DNA of 62,974 bases, filler included, from Globobulimina sp. (lineage: Eukaryota): the NCBI GenBank assembly GCA_003354225.1. It is 35 parts of 35 records of this genome, joined end to end, with 100 filler letters (N's around TTAATTAATTAA, not from the genome) between each part and the next. Parts side by side here need not be neighbours in the genome. Positions count along the whole stretch, not along the records: positions 21,637 to 23,338 come from PIVH01012938.1; positions 23,439 to 25,140 come from PIVH01012939.1; positions 25,241 to 26,942 come from PIVH01012940.1; positions 27,043 to 28,744 come from PIVH01012941.1; positions 28,845 to 30,546 come from PIVH01012942.1; positions 30,647 to 32,348 come from PIVH01012943.1; positions 32,449 to 34,150 come from PIVH01012944.1; positions 34,251 to 35,952 come from PIVH01012945.1; 27 more parts are not named here. The stretch is one strand, 5' to 3'. The translations under genes were made by a program, and so were the position numbers. The notes under the pieces are model-generated. The model was not told the DNA's origin. It saw nothing but the letters and a program-made list of their open reading frames with translations, and ran no database searches. Shown here piece after piece: positions 21,701 through 34,383 of the stretch (the stretch's first letter is position 1; every line of letters starts with the position of its first letter).

Positions 21701-23053
21701 CTCCTAGGCGTCATTCACAACACTGGTTTCTATTACGGCATTGGTGGTTGTGATGTCATCAATCATTATTATGGTCGTGACAGTAACAGTAACAATAACA
21801 ATTTCAGCCAAGGTGCTTACACCGGACCATGGGGCTCCAGTCCACAATCACAACAAAACCAAGACCGCTACACTCAAACTATACAAAGAAACTTCAAATC
21901 ACCAGTTCAGAATTATGACCAGGTTCCCTCCGCAGTTCAAGCATATCAAGCCATGCTCACAAAGGCCGAGGACCACTCCGTAGTCATCGCCAGTATCGGA
22001 GAATTAGGCAATCTCCGAGACATTATAAATGTTTCTAAATCTTTATTCATACAGAAAGTAAAAATGATTTATTACATGGATGGTGGCTATAACTTTGGTT
22101 GTGGTGATAGTGACGGTTCCGGCTGGAGTCCATATATGGGAGACACTGATGACTGTTACGGAGCTGATCAGTATGTGATACAGAATGTGCCTAAAAGTAT
22201 AAAACAAGTATTTACTCTCAATGGCGGCAATATACTCACTGGAGGTCGTTATAACAATGGTTGCGGCCAAGGCCCTGTAAAACAGGCCTATCAGATTTGG
22301 ACAAACGACGGTGTGCGGCCGAGTTGGGATCCAATTTGTGTGTATTTAGCAGTGATGGGAGACGATTCTTTATATTCTACGTTGACCGCAGGCACTGAGT
22401 CTGTGGATTATTATGGAAACGAACAGTTTGATACAGGGAATACAGGAAATAAGCAGTTTGAAGTATGGATTGATGGCTCGCATAATGGAGATGTGACGAG
22501 GATTTTGGACAATGCATTATGTGCTGCTCCGTGTTTGGGGCCTGATGCCATACAAAGTGGGGCGTGCGCTGCTTTTCAGATGAATTCGATGAAGAATTGT
22601 TATGATGGACATGGTGCCACGAACATGGAGAAGCCGGCAGATTCGTCGGCGGGTACTATGAGTCTGTATGACTGCCAACAATTATGTGAGAACACGGATG
22701 GGTGCACTGCAGTGACGGTGAGTAATAATGAAACCTCTGTGCCGGGCTATATTAATTGTTATAGGAAAAAGGATATTAATCTCGGTCAATGTGGTGGGGA
22801 TATGTCGTATGATACGTATACGAAGATTAATGCGTTGAAAATGCAAATATTTGTAGAGTTGCGATCGTTTGAAAGTGTGCGTTTTGAGGTTGATATGTAT
22901 GCCACAATATGGAATGTTAAAAGGATGATTGAAGAGAAACTGGGAGTGAGTAAAGGTGGACAGAGGTTGATGTATAAAGGGACAGTGTTAGAGAATTATT
23001 TGACATTGTCTGACTATGGCATTGTGGATCAATATACGTTGCAGATTGTTTAA
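21701..23053 (+). CDS. Nucleoside hydrolase-like domain + PAN/Apple-like domain + C-terminal ubiquitin-like domain (5' exon missing)
   Basis: Frame open from the acceptor at 21700: INHYYGR..VVIASIGELGNL..RPSWDPICVYLAV; CQQLCENTDGCTAVT..CYRK; MQIFV..IWNVKRMIEEKLGV..QRLMYKG.VLE..TLSDYGI. Confidence 0.7.
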   Translation, partial: LLGVIHNTGFYYGIGGCDVINHYYGRDSNSNNNNFSQGAYTGPWGSSPQSQQNQDRYTQTIQRNFKSPVQNYDQVPSAVQAYQAMLTKAEDHSVVIASIGELGNLRDIINVSKSLFIQKVKMIYYMDGGYNFGCGDSDGSGWSPYMGDTDDCYGADQYVIQNVPKSIKQVFTLNGGNILTGGRYNNGCGQGPVKQAYQIWTNDGVRPSWDPICVYLAVMGDDSLYSTLTAGTESVDYYGNEQFDTGNTGNKQFEVWIDGSHNGDVTRILDNALCAAPCLGPDAIQSGACAAFQMNSMKNCYDGHGATNMEKPADSSAGTMSLYDCQQLCENTDGCTAVTVSNNETSVPGYINCYRKKDINLGQCGGDMSYDTYTKINALKMQIFVELRSFESVRFEVDMYATIWNVKRMIEEKLGVSKGGQRLMYKGTVLENYLTLSDYGIVDQYTLQIV

Positions 23054-23438
23054 TCCGCATTGTAGACACAACATTTTGTAGATTTTATGTTTCATTCATT
23101 CTTTTATTTTCATAGGTTTTGATTTTTGTGTCTGTGAAATGTTCCTACTTCTTGGAATTGCATTTTTTAAGATAATTTTTGTTTGAATTTTCTTTTTAAT
23201 TTTGAAAAAGTCGATGTCTGTTTCTCTATTAATATTAGAATTCTTTGCTAATAAACAAAAAAATACACCCAATTGCAATCGAGCAAAGACTTTATTAATT
23301 AAATAAATTAACATTGAATGACTGAGTTAATCCTTGCANNNNNNNNNNNNNNNNNNNNNNNNNNNNNNNNNNNNNNNNNNNNTTAATTAATTAANNNNNN
23401 NNNNNNNNNNNNNNNNNNNNNNNNNNNNNNNNNNNNNN

Positions 23439-25140
23439 TTATAAACTATTATTGTTTTTGTCATATTTAATGACAATGAGGTTTTTTTTGATTTTTGTTT
23501 CTTTACATTTTGTAATTGCTCCTTTTCCTCCTTATTATCTGACACAATTTTAGAATATAATCGTTTAAATAATACATTTTTATCCATTTTTTTTGTTCTT
23601 ACTTCATTTACAATTTCTTGCAATAATGGTTCATATTTAAATTTTTCAATTTTGGCTACATTTACAATGCTATCTTCTATCCGTGCTTGAATATACCGCG
23701 CGATGAGAGTGCCATTCGCATTCGAAGCATAAGCGTTACATTTCAATGCCACAATAAATGGATATTTGCATTGCGATTTTGTAAAATAAAAATTATGCGC
23801 AGAAACCGCCGAATTCGCTTCATCTGAATCCCGAAAATAACCATATTTTGCTTTTTCGTTTCTATGTCTGGTTAAAGATTGTTTCCTTGCTTTATGCTTC
23901 TTGATTTGCGTAAAAATGGCTTCTTCATTTTTAACTTCCTCGCCATCCCTCGCAAAATTATATATTTTCTCATCGAACTGCTCTTTTACTTTTTTATTCT
24001 CAGCCACAGAAACCTTAATTAACGCACAATAATATTTAAATGGTAATTTCTTAACAATGTAAAATTCAGTCCCTATGGCGGCGTTTAAATCGCGCGACGA
24101 ACATGTTTGTTTATCAAAATGATATTTATCATCGTCTACTTCTTCAGTATTTAGCCGAAGAATTGTCTCTTTTTTAAGTTTTAAAAATACAGGAATTTGA
24201 TGGTTGAAATCGTCGGGATCTATTTCAGAACAATGACCGCAACAAAAGCTACCACAACAGCTACAGCTACGGACACAACACTTTGCACAACAAAGTGCAT
24301 AATCAAAAGCTGATATTTTAATGCAGCAACAGCATAATTGATAAAATCTCCTCGTATACAAACTAAACATTAACAACATTGTAACTGATTTGATAAACAT
24401 ATCAATATCAATCAACAGGAAACCTATTTGAAATGCGTATATGTTATCGGATGGTGTTGCTGCACCAAATACTAACACATTGAAGATGACATAAGCAATA
24501 ATTGAGCATACTGCAGATATGACCGCTAATAAAGTATGTTTCTGCATCAATAAATCAATAGCATTCGGTTTGCCAGCTCTCGCACTTGATTTGATTGCGG
24601 TGGCGCAGACAAATTGGAATTCATGTAATTTGCGGTAAAAAAGCACACCGTAAAATATATTTAATGAAAAAGCAAGTATTTGGCCAATAATTAACACAGC
24701 TTTAACCGTCTTGGAACCACCGTGATATACTTCCACTATGCATCCATGGCCATTTTCTAGCGACGAATTGAATGATGTATCCACCAAATAATATTTTGTA
24801 TCCATATTGACACTCAATAATATCATTGACGACAAGACTAATATTGGTATAATGATATATATCGAACGTACGAATTTTTGTGATAACGCAAATGCGGAAA
24901 AACGAAAAACTTGATTTATTCGCACGATCCAAAATAAAAACATTATGGCTTCTAATAATATAAATGATAAAATTCTTACATACATTTCAACAAAACAATA
25001 GCCATTACGTCTGGGCAATTTTGACGAAAAATCAAATAAAATGGACCATAATTCAATGAATAATGTCATTAATATAATAATAAGTAAGGTAACAGCAAAT
25101 TGTTTGAATAATTTTACGATTTTTGATTTGTATGATTTGA
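23439..25140 (-). CDS. Multi-pass (7TM/GPCR-like) membrane protein with Cys-rich juxtamembrane tail and long cytosolic domain (partial)
   Basis: Frame open across the whole contig; about 6 hydrophobic helices, then LCCCC..LCCAKCC..CSCC. Confidence 0.55.
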
Positions 25141-25475
25141 NNNNNNNNNNNNNNNNNNNNNNNNNNNNNNNNNNNNNNNNNNNNTTAATTAATTAANNNN
25201 NNNNNNNNNNNNNNNNNNNNNNNNNNNNNNNNNNNNNNNNTGTATCTATTAACTGTTTATGAGTCATTGTTTGGTGATAACGATAATAATTCACCATCAT
25301 AGACACCTAAGCATGGTGTATTATCCATAAATCATCAGTTTCTATCAATACCTCTCCAAGTAAAACAAGTGATATATTAACAGTATTGTGGTTAAATGAC
25401 TGCAACCATTATACTCCACAGCCACTGGATGAATATGATGACAGTGACTTTGAGTTTTAGAAATATGTGTTTTTG

Positions 25476-26269
25476 TTACTCAGTCTTGCGTGCATTAAAA
25501 CTGTTTGCACAGCACATTGAGCAAACAAAAAGGAGAGAGCATCCAATTAAATGTCCACAGCAAGCTCCAATTAAACATGGTAATGGAAACTGTTGATATG
25601 GTTTAAACCAATCCAATGCTAAAATATAACATCCACAAATGCAGCCAATTATTGTTGCCCAAAATGGGAAACTAAACACTGTGTTATTTGACAAATTTGG
25701 GAGGTGTTTAACATCCATGATAACCATTCTTAAATTATTCATATCAAATGAGCACTTTATAAATAATGGCATGAATGTCAAACTTGACAAGAGATTCGAT
25801 AAAATATAAATAGAGTATGATAATTCATTCCATTTCCATGTTTTAACAAAAAACGTTCCTCCACAACAATAAATTATTAATGTAAACAAAATAATTCCGA
25901 TCAAATGGCCAATAATGCATCGGATTATCTATTTGTTTATATATTCAGTTTTATAAATCATCGATAAATGGTACGTAACTCTGATGCAAACGTTAGACGA
26001 TACAATAAAAATGACATTAATCACAGAAGCAATAATTTGAAACATGACAACGGATATCAATGCATCTGGTACGGTCATATAATCCAATGTTGTTTGATAT
26101 TTTTTATCATCATCTGTTAAGAAATTTGATTTGTGTCACTATGATTCTATGTTTGTTGATCATGTCATAAATGAAAACCGGAGAGTTGACCAACAATGGC
26201 TGAATAAAATAACAACAATGGCAACGCTGAACATAAGAAGAATAACCGCAGAAACTGGCGTGCCGGCAT
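25476..26269 (-). CDS. PIGF: GPI biosynthesis protein PIG-F/Gpi11
   Basis: ATIIGCICGCYILALDWFKPYQQFPLPC matches the PIG-F LDW..PWQ.WP.PC motif; introns 26178-26114 and 25979-25929 give a continuous frame from ATG 26269. Confidence 0.75.
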
Positions 26270-26462
26270 TGAAACCTTCAAACGTGTTTTCTAGTCTTTT
26301 TTTTATTTTGGTTTAAAGAATATGTACAATTAAAAAAGTCAAAAATCCGGACATTAGAGTAACAGTGATTTGTTTACAAAACGAATAAGAGAATTAGTAT
26401 AAATAATAAATAGTAAAATAATAATTATATAATTACAACATATATTTATTTACTTATTTATG

Positions 26463-26942
26463 TCAATTTGAGCGAATTATTTGATAAAGCTTTGAATTTA
26501 ATTCATTTTTCTTTTTTTTCATATTTTTCTGTAATAATTTTCCAATAATTACATCCATCATCTTCTCCAATATATCATTTGGTATTGTTTTAGGCAAAGA
26601 ATCCGGAATAAAATCAAACTCCAATTTACCACCAACCACTTTATCAACATCCTCTTTTATTTCTTTTTTAACCTCATCCAATAAAACAGACAAAACAGAT
26701 TTATAGACACTCTCTAAAATACATTCACAAAATATGACTAAATATTTATTTAAATGATTCGTTACACTTTCTCCCAAATCAACGGCTTGATAATAATCAT
26801 TGACTACACAACACAATAAATTACCAATTATGCCACTTACCACCGACACTTGTTCGACAATCAACGATGACGTACTTGGCGACATACTGCCTAATTCCGC
26901 CGATATCTCCGCATCTAAATCAGCCACAACATTGCCAATGTT
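26463..26942 (-). CDS. Hypothetical helical protein C-terminus (5' partial)
   Basis: ORF of at least 154 aa running from near the contig end. Confidence 0.5.
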   Translation of the reverse strand, partial: NIGNVVADLDAEISAELGSMSPSTSSLIVEQVSVVSGIIGNLLCCVVNDYYQAVDLGESVTNHLNKYLVIFCECILESVYKSVLSVLLDEVKKEIKEDVDKVVGGKLEFDFIPDSLPKTIPNDILEKMMDVIIGKLLQKNMKKKKNELNSKLYQIIRSN

Positions 26943-27042
26943 NNNNNNNNNNNNNNNNNNNNNNNNNNNNNNNNNNNNNNNNNNNNTTAATTAATTAANN
27001 NNNNNNNNNNNNNNNNNNNNNNNNNNNNNNNNNNNNNNNNNN

Positions 27043-28744
27043 CAAACAGCATAGATCCTCAATTGCAACAAGAAATACCTGAAGATGAGCAACAATCGCC
27101 TTCGCATACCCTGCCTTCGCATATTATTGATGTTAATACGAAACAAATTGAAGACCAAAAAGTAAATTTAATCAATGACAACGATGACAATCAACCCCAA
27201 GCCCCACAGAAAGAACACAAACAAAACGGTAACACCAACACCAACGCCAACGCAGAGTTGGATGACTTAGCCAATCATCACAATCATAACGATCACCATC
27301 ATCATAACCATAGCAATAACCACAACCATAAGGTCGATGATGACCAGAATTCGAATCAGCCCAACAACCAAAATGAAACTGCTAATAACGACAATGACAA
27401 TGCTAAACCGCCGGAAATATCCTTACCGCAACCAAACGGTCAAAAAGAGCCAACCCCGCCGAGCAAAATAGTCACCTTCAACGACACGCAATTATTTGGC
27501 AACGTTACCACTCCATCCTCGCAAGCACAGTCCCAACGAGCACTGCGTAGCCATCTACCACGCAAAAAATGGCCACGCGAACTGAATCTATCCCGCCTCA
27601 ATTTCCACAAACAACAAGCCGTAGTCTGCATCAATGAGAGCGACCACACCATACTGCCCAGCTCCACTGACAAGAAAACCTCATTATTGTGGTTTGTGCA
27701 TGAAAAATTGGACGAACATCTACTTGACCGATACAACTACCACACCTTTGCCATCACGGCGCAATTGATCGCCTACCCACTCTCTCACAACTCGTCGCAG
27801 CTCCGTGTCATGGACCGCTTTTACCACCGCTTCGCGCACCATTTCCACAACGCGTATCTCAATCAGTTGAAAAAGCAGACCTTACACCACGCCAAAGCCA
27901 GCATCTCCGACGACTCCTTTTATAACGCCATTGGCGGCAAAGACGTGTCGCGCCGCTCTCTGATCATCCCGCCGGAGGACAATGAGAGCAATAACAGCTG
28001 GATCGATTTGGACGGTTCGCAGTTAATGCCGTCGGCCATTGCGGGCATACAGACCAACGGCATCGCCACTATTTTCTTCATCGGCATCCCGGACAACAAA
28101 ACAGACGATTTGCAGTTGAAGGTACAGTTGAAAATCACGGACAATTTGTGTAATAATTCTGCTTTGTACTCATCGATTCGGTGGCACCCCACCAGTGCTC
28201 ACACGCTGTTGATCATTGATAAGAATATGGTGAAATTCTATGGCGTGGACCACTCGTTTCAGGCCACCTCGCCTTTGCTGAACATCAATATTTACAATGA
28301 GTGGGGGTCCAATGTGATGATTGGACATAAGATCTCGAATATGATCATCAGTTATCACTATTCCTTCGATAGCTATTTGTTGATGATTTTGAACGGAGCG
28401 CAGAATAAATCGTACGGATTGATACAGAAAGATGCGCAGAAAACGGACATGCAAATCAACGATTGGGTGAAGCAGAAATATAAAACGGAGCTGAGTGAGA
28501 TCAATTTTCTCAACATTTACAAGTTCAAAAAGTATGAGTCGACGGATCCGCGCCGGATAAAAGCCAAACATTTGCAGGATATCACGGATTATGCACAGGA
28601 TCCGGTATTAATCGCACATTTAACACATGCGTTTTTGTCGCAATGTGTGCGCCAATTCGATGGCAACAATGGACGCGATGTGGAGTACACGGAGATATTT
28701 ATACATTGCATCATGTTACAGACGTCCATTGACAACAAATCGAG
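27043..28744 (+). CDS. Large hypothetical protein with an Asn/His-rich disordered region (partial)
   Basis: Frame open across essentially the whole contig; higher GC than neighbours. Confidence 0.6.
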
Positions 28745-28844
28745 NNNNNNNNNNNNNNNNNNNNNNNNNNNNNNNNNNNNNNNNNNNNTTAATTAATTAA
28801 NNNNNNNNNNNNNNNNNNNNNNNNNNNNNNNNNNNNNNNNNNNN

Positions 28845-29978
28845 ATCCGTTGGAAAATGGCATTGTTCGCAACTGGACCGACATGAAAATAATATGGGAT
28901 TATACCTTTGGTGAATGCCTAAAAATCAACCCGCCCGAACATAAAATATTATTAACTGAGCCGCCTGCAAATCCCTTTGATAACAGACTAAAAATGTATG
29001 TATATTCCCATTCTATTCTGTTTCTTATTTGTATGCGAATTTGCGTATTATAACAGGTATCAACATATGTTTGAGACTTATGGCTTTAGCTCAGTGATGG
29101 TGGCCATCCAAGCCGTATTAGTGTTATATGCGCAGGGATTGTTGACCGGTGTGGTGATGGATTCTGGTGACGGCGTATCGCATGTGATCCCCGTGTATGA
29201 AGGCTATGGATTACCGAACTTAATTAAGCGCTTAAACGTGGCCGGAAGACATGTGACCAAACAGTTGATCCATTTATTGCAGTTAAGAGGCTATTCGCTG
29301 AACAGATCGGCAGATTTCGACACGGCGAGGCAAATAAAAGAGAGATTGTGTTATGTCGGCTACGACTTGGACGTGGAACGAACGTTGGCGATGGAGACTA
29401 CTACGCTCGTACAACCCTTTCAGTTACCGGACGGGAGGATTATTAAAGTGGGACGCGAGAGATTTGAGGCGTCAGAGGTCCTATTTGACCCCGCCAAGGC
29501 TGGTGTGGAAGGTATGTGTGTTGTTACACTCTCTGCACTGTGTCATGCGCCATGCTCAAGGCCATGATGTTTGGAAAATGCTTACTTCACTGTGACTTAC
29601 TTAAAAAATGAAGGTGATGGCTTGCATCAATTATTGTTTAATTCGGTGATGAAGGCGGATATTGATTTGCGATCAGAATTTTTTAAACATATTGTATTGT
29701 CGGGCGGCACCACCATGTTTCAAGGGTTACCGTCGAGATTGGACAAGGATATCAAGGAATTGTGGATAGCAAATGTAGCAAAAGGTGATAGATCGAGGAT
29801 TGGCAAATTTAAATTAAAGATTGAAGATCCGCCAAGACGAAAGAATATGGTTTTTTTGGGTGGCAGTGTGTTGGCGGATATTATGAAGGATCAACAGGAA
29901 TTTTGGTTAACTCGACAGGATTATAATGAGCAAGGCGCGGCGAGAGCTATCAAAAAACATCACGGCATTCGGAGATAA
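28845..29978 (+). CDS. ARP2: Actin-related protein 2 (5' partial)
   Basis: [57 protein letters not shown]; introns 28996-29056 and 29512-29613. Confidence 0.95.
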
Positions 29979-30712
29979 AACAACTTAATGTGTATCATAA
30001 ACAATATCATTAATATGTCGCTAATTTTTTAAGTTGTATTGTATGTAATTATACTAATTTTCATAATCATTGTCGTTCATGTTTTAGGATCCATATACTT
30101 TTGGGATTTTGGAACTCTGCTATTCTTTTGTCCTGTTGCAGACTGAAACGTTTCTCAAGGTTTTGAACATGGTTTTCTGTTTATCAGCAACGAATTTGTT
30201 ACCCTATAACGTTTTTGACACCCTGCAATTCATTTGTATATAGACGCAAAGTTCTAAAAGTCCTGGAATTCCTAAAAACGACAATGATTATGAAAAGAAA
30301 CTGAGCGACAATGATTTTGAAAATTAGTTTAATTATTCTGTTTCTCACTTTGATATCATTCAGAAATTGGATAGTCAATAGAGGCTCGACCAAAATTTGT
30401 GCCCAAGATATATATAGGTTCAAGCATCTCAAACACTCAAAAGAACGGTGAGTCCCAGAGAATCACGATTGACCATCAGATGAGCTACCCAGAATGACGG
30501 AATATATCGTTAAACAATATATAATATTCCAAAAGATAACCCCTGTNNNNNNNNNNNNNNNNNNNNNNNNNNNNNNNNNNNNNNNNNNNNTTAATTAATT
30601 AANNNNNNNNNNNNNNNNNNNNNNNNNNNNNNNNNNNNNNNNNNNNGGTGTGGTTAAAAACAGCTTAGCGTTTAATAATGTGACCAAAATAGCTAAAGTT
30701 CATTGTAAAAAT

Positions 30713-31648
30713 ATGTCAACAATCCATTTATTCAAGCAAGCGCAAAAAAATCCGCAAATATTAACTTTAAAAGATGGCAGAAAGCTATTTTTCAGTGAAT
30801 TTGGTGCATCAAATGGATATCCAATCATTCATTTCCATGGTCATGGCAGTTCTAGAATTGAGGGAGCTATTTTTGATTCAATTGCAAAGGAGAAACAATT
30901 TCGTATTATCTCACATTCCAGACCTGGAACAGAGCAATCTAGCATGAATAAGCATTTTACGTTTAAATCTCATGCCTTTGATACGTACCAACTGATCAAA
31001 TATTTAAATATTAAACAATTTGGAGTTAGTGGCTGGAGTGGAGGTGGTCCATTTGTAATGAGTACATGCCATTATTTAGGAAATCAATACGAAGATATAA
31101 ATATCTCATTTGGTGGTTTAATGGGATCATTTGCCCCATTAACTGAACTTACTTTTAATTCCATGGTATTACGAGATCGTATATTTACTAAATTAATTCA
31201 AAAATATCCAGGTCCGATCTATCAAAATGCATTAAAATTAATGAAATATATTTTCAATAATTATCCTAAATCGTTTTGGAAATATTTGAATGCAAATATG
31301 GGAAATGATGATAAAGCATTATTTCAAAACATACCTGATTCTGAAGAAATATTCATGGAAATGATGGGTATAACATGGAGATATGATATAATTGGCTTAT
31401 GCCAAGAGTTAGAATTTCAAATGGAAGCCAATTGGGAGTTCAATATTAATGATATCAAACAAGATATTAAAATGCTTATTTTCCACGGAAAAACTGATCA
31501 GTTTGTCCCTGTTGAATTGGCTAACGATGTGGAGAGTAAATTGGAAAATTGTGAGGCAACGTATTTCGAACAAGGCCATATGTTCCCCATTGATACCAAA
31601 TATCAACAGATTATGTATGACAAATTCAGTGACATTGCTCAACCCTGA
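30713..31648 (+). CDS. Alpha/beta-fold hydrolase
   Basis: DGRKLFFSEFG..G.PIIHFHG..SSR, GWSGGG nucleophile elbow, HGKTDQFVP, GH. Confidence 0.85.
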   Translation: MSTIHLFKQAQKNPQILTLKDGRKLFFSEFGASNGYPIIHFHGHGSSRIEGAIFDSIAKEKQFRIISHSRPGTEQSSMNKHFTFKSHAFDTYQLIKYLNIKQFGVSGWSGGGPFVMSTCHYLGNQYEDINISFGGLMGSFAPLTELTFNSMVLRDRIFTKLIQKYPGPIYQNALKLMKYIFNNYPKSFWKYLNANMGNDDKALFQNIPDSEEIFMEMMGITWRYDIIGLCQELEFQMEANWEFNINDIKQDIKMLIFHGKTDQFVPVELANDVESKLENCEATYFEQGHMFPIDTKYQQIMYDKFSDIAQP

Positions 31649-31732
31649 ATTAGATACAAAGTTGAATAGTACTACCAATTAACTCAAAAATTAATGTACA
31701 TATACTCCAAAAGTAAAAAAAGTCAATAATTA

Positions 31733-32348
31733 TCACTGTTTTTTCATGTATGATCTATTTTTTATAACATCTTGTAAATTAACACCAAATGATGCTTGTA
31801 CAATTGCACTGAATCGACTCCGCTGATTTGATAATAATGATTCAGGTGAATCAAATTCGAGTACTTTCCCGTTATCCATAATTAATATTCTATCATAATC
31901 TAAAATAGTATCTATCCTGTGTGCAATGGTCAAAATTGTGTTTGTTTTAAAAACATTACGAATGGTTTCCTGTAATAATTGGTCCGTCGATGGATCCACA
32001 GCTGAGGTAGGTTCGTCAAGTAATAATATTTTCGATTTACGCACAATGGCTCGCGACAAGCATAATAATTGGCGTTGACCCACCGAAAAATTCGAACCAT
32101 CCTCTTCCACATAAATATCCAACGGGTTTAAATCTCGATATTTTGGATGAATATCCATAAACTGAGCAACATCAAATGACACTGATGCTTCCTCATTATG
32201 TTTATTTTCCTCTTGAATATCCTTTTCTTTTTTGATTGTAATTTCAATAATCATTTTCTTCAATGCGTCATAGCAATGTGCTAACTTTAACGCTTCAACC
32301 AATTCGACATCACTTCTTTCTTGAAACGGATCTAAATTAAAGCGGACT
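31733..32348 (-). CDS. ABCC/MRP transporter C-terminal nucleotide-binding domain (5' partial)
   Basis: RFNLDPF..NFSVGQRQLLCLSRA..LLLDEPTSAVD..TIAHRIDTILDYDRILIMD. Confidence 0.9.
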
Positions 32349-32683
32349 NNNNNNNNNNNNNNNNNNNNNNNNNNNNNNNNNNNNNNNNNNNNTTAATTAA
32401 TTAANNNNNNNNNNNNNNNNNNNNNNNNNNNNNNNNNNNNNNNNNNNNATAATTTGTAGTCTCACTCGGCACTGTAAATTCTTTTTGTTTTTCCGTATTA
32501 AAATCATGCACTGCCTCACCAGTGATTTCCTGAGTGATCCTCCCGTCATTGGATGTACTATTTACGATGGGGATTTTCATTCGCAGTAAATTGTAATTCA
32601 GCATAAACAAATAAACATATGTACAATTAATATAAACCATAAAACTAAAGAAAAAACATATGTACAATACATCATTCAATCAA

Positions 32684-34150
32684 TTATTTCATAGGATAAG
32701 CAGCAAAGTTATATGCATTGCTGTCTTTTGATAGCGACACTTGAACAGCACCAACACCTTTTGGTGGATACGTATATTTTGCATCGCCATTGTTTACAAG
32801 ACGTCCTATTCTAAAATATTCCTCTTTTATATCACCAGAAAATTCTTGTTTGGTTACAATTTTTCTCCATTGTTTATGTGTTGTATCATCACTTACATTC
32901 AACATAATTTGTTGCTTCTTGACATCAAATTTAATTCCTAACACCCATTGATGTGCATATTTAGGTTTGGCTGCAGATGGCATTGTTGCTTTAGGTTTAG
33001 GTTTAGGTTTAGCTGCATCATAACCAAAGGGACTCTTATTACTGTTCCCAGCGGCTGGCTGACCAAACGGTGAATTATTTTGCGCTGTCATTGCTTTCCC
33101 GAGCGGACTGCGATTTGTATTCGATCTTATTTGGTGCTCTACCAAATGGGCTGCCATTTGCATTGTAATTATTTGCGAATATATTCACCCCAAATGCTTT
33201 GGCATCACTATTATTTGGATTATATTCCGATTCATTCACTTTATTAATATTACCACTAAAAACAGGCGCATTATCTCTTTGATTATATGGTACAAAGCCT
33301 GAATTTGCACGTCTTTCATTACTATTATTTATTACCATTTGTGGCTGATTATTATCATAAACTGCAGCTTGATACGCCGCCACATCCTCATTTATTGGGC
33401 TCCCAGATGCTGTTACATGTTCTTCCTGTTTCTCTTCAGCATCAACTGAATCATCAAATGGATCTACAAATTACAGAACAAAAAACGTTTTCATTCAAAT
33501 CGTAGAATATCATGTTATTGTAATAATTGTATACAAATTAAAAATTAACTGTTTGCAGCATCAATATCGGTGTGTCGCTGCTGTAAAATCTGCAGTTTTA
33601 ATTCTTCAAATTCATGTTCATCCAATTTCCCATCACCATCCTTATCATATTGAGCAATAATATTTTGTGCTGCTACCAATGATATATTACAAGCAGTGGC
33701 GAGTTCATTTGCATCGATCCTGCCATCATTATCGGCATCCAATGCATTATGTTCCTCATTGATACTCATATTATGTGCCATTTGTTGTCTTTGTTGCGCT
33801 AATATTTGTTGTTTCAGTTCCTCGAATTCATTCTCATCCAATGTGCCATCACCATTGGCATCATATTGAGATATTATATTTTGAGCTTCCTGTCGAGAGA
33901 TATTGCATGCATTTGCAAACTCTGCTGCATCGATTCTACCATCGTTATTGGCATCAATTGAGTCATATCTGTCATTGGCGTTGATGTTATTTGTCAAATG
34001 TGCTGTTTGTTGCGCTAATATTTGTTGTTTTAGTTCCTCGAATTCATTCTCATCCAATGTACCATCACCGTTTGTATCATATTGATATATAATATTTTGA
34101 GCTTCCTGCTCAGAGATATTACATGCGAGTGCGAATTCTTTTGCATCTAA
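32684..34150 (-). CDS. Tandem EF-hand-pair repeat protein with SPFG-rich linker and C-terminal domain; one internal frameshift (5' partial)
   Basis: ~72-aa repeats with DANNDGRID / DANGDGTLDENEF loops; intron 33549-33464 links to the 33383 frame; frameshift near 33127 into the 33163 frame. Confidence 0.7.
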
Positions 34151-34383
34151 NNNNNNNNNNNNNNNNNNNNNNNNNNNNNNNNNNNNNNNNNNNNTTAATT
34201 AATTAANNNNNNNNNNNNNNNNNNNNNNNNNNNNNNNNNNNNNNNNNNNNTATGGTGAAAATAAACATGTACACATTCACCTTTTTTAAACTGCTGAACA
34301 ACTTCCGAACATTCCAACCTCGCAACGCCTAAACTTCCGAACCTCTCAACCTGCATTTCTTTCATTGGCTGAAAAATACTTAA

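Noticed and set aside
30080-30546. Possible foreign or coding sequence downstream of ARP2
   Set aside because: No recognisable ORF in the frames I examined
30713-31648. Intronless alpha/beta hydrolase as bacterial contamination
   Set aside because: Composition matches the host, and it converges normally on a eukaryotic ABCC gene
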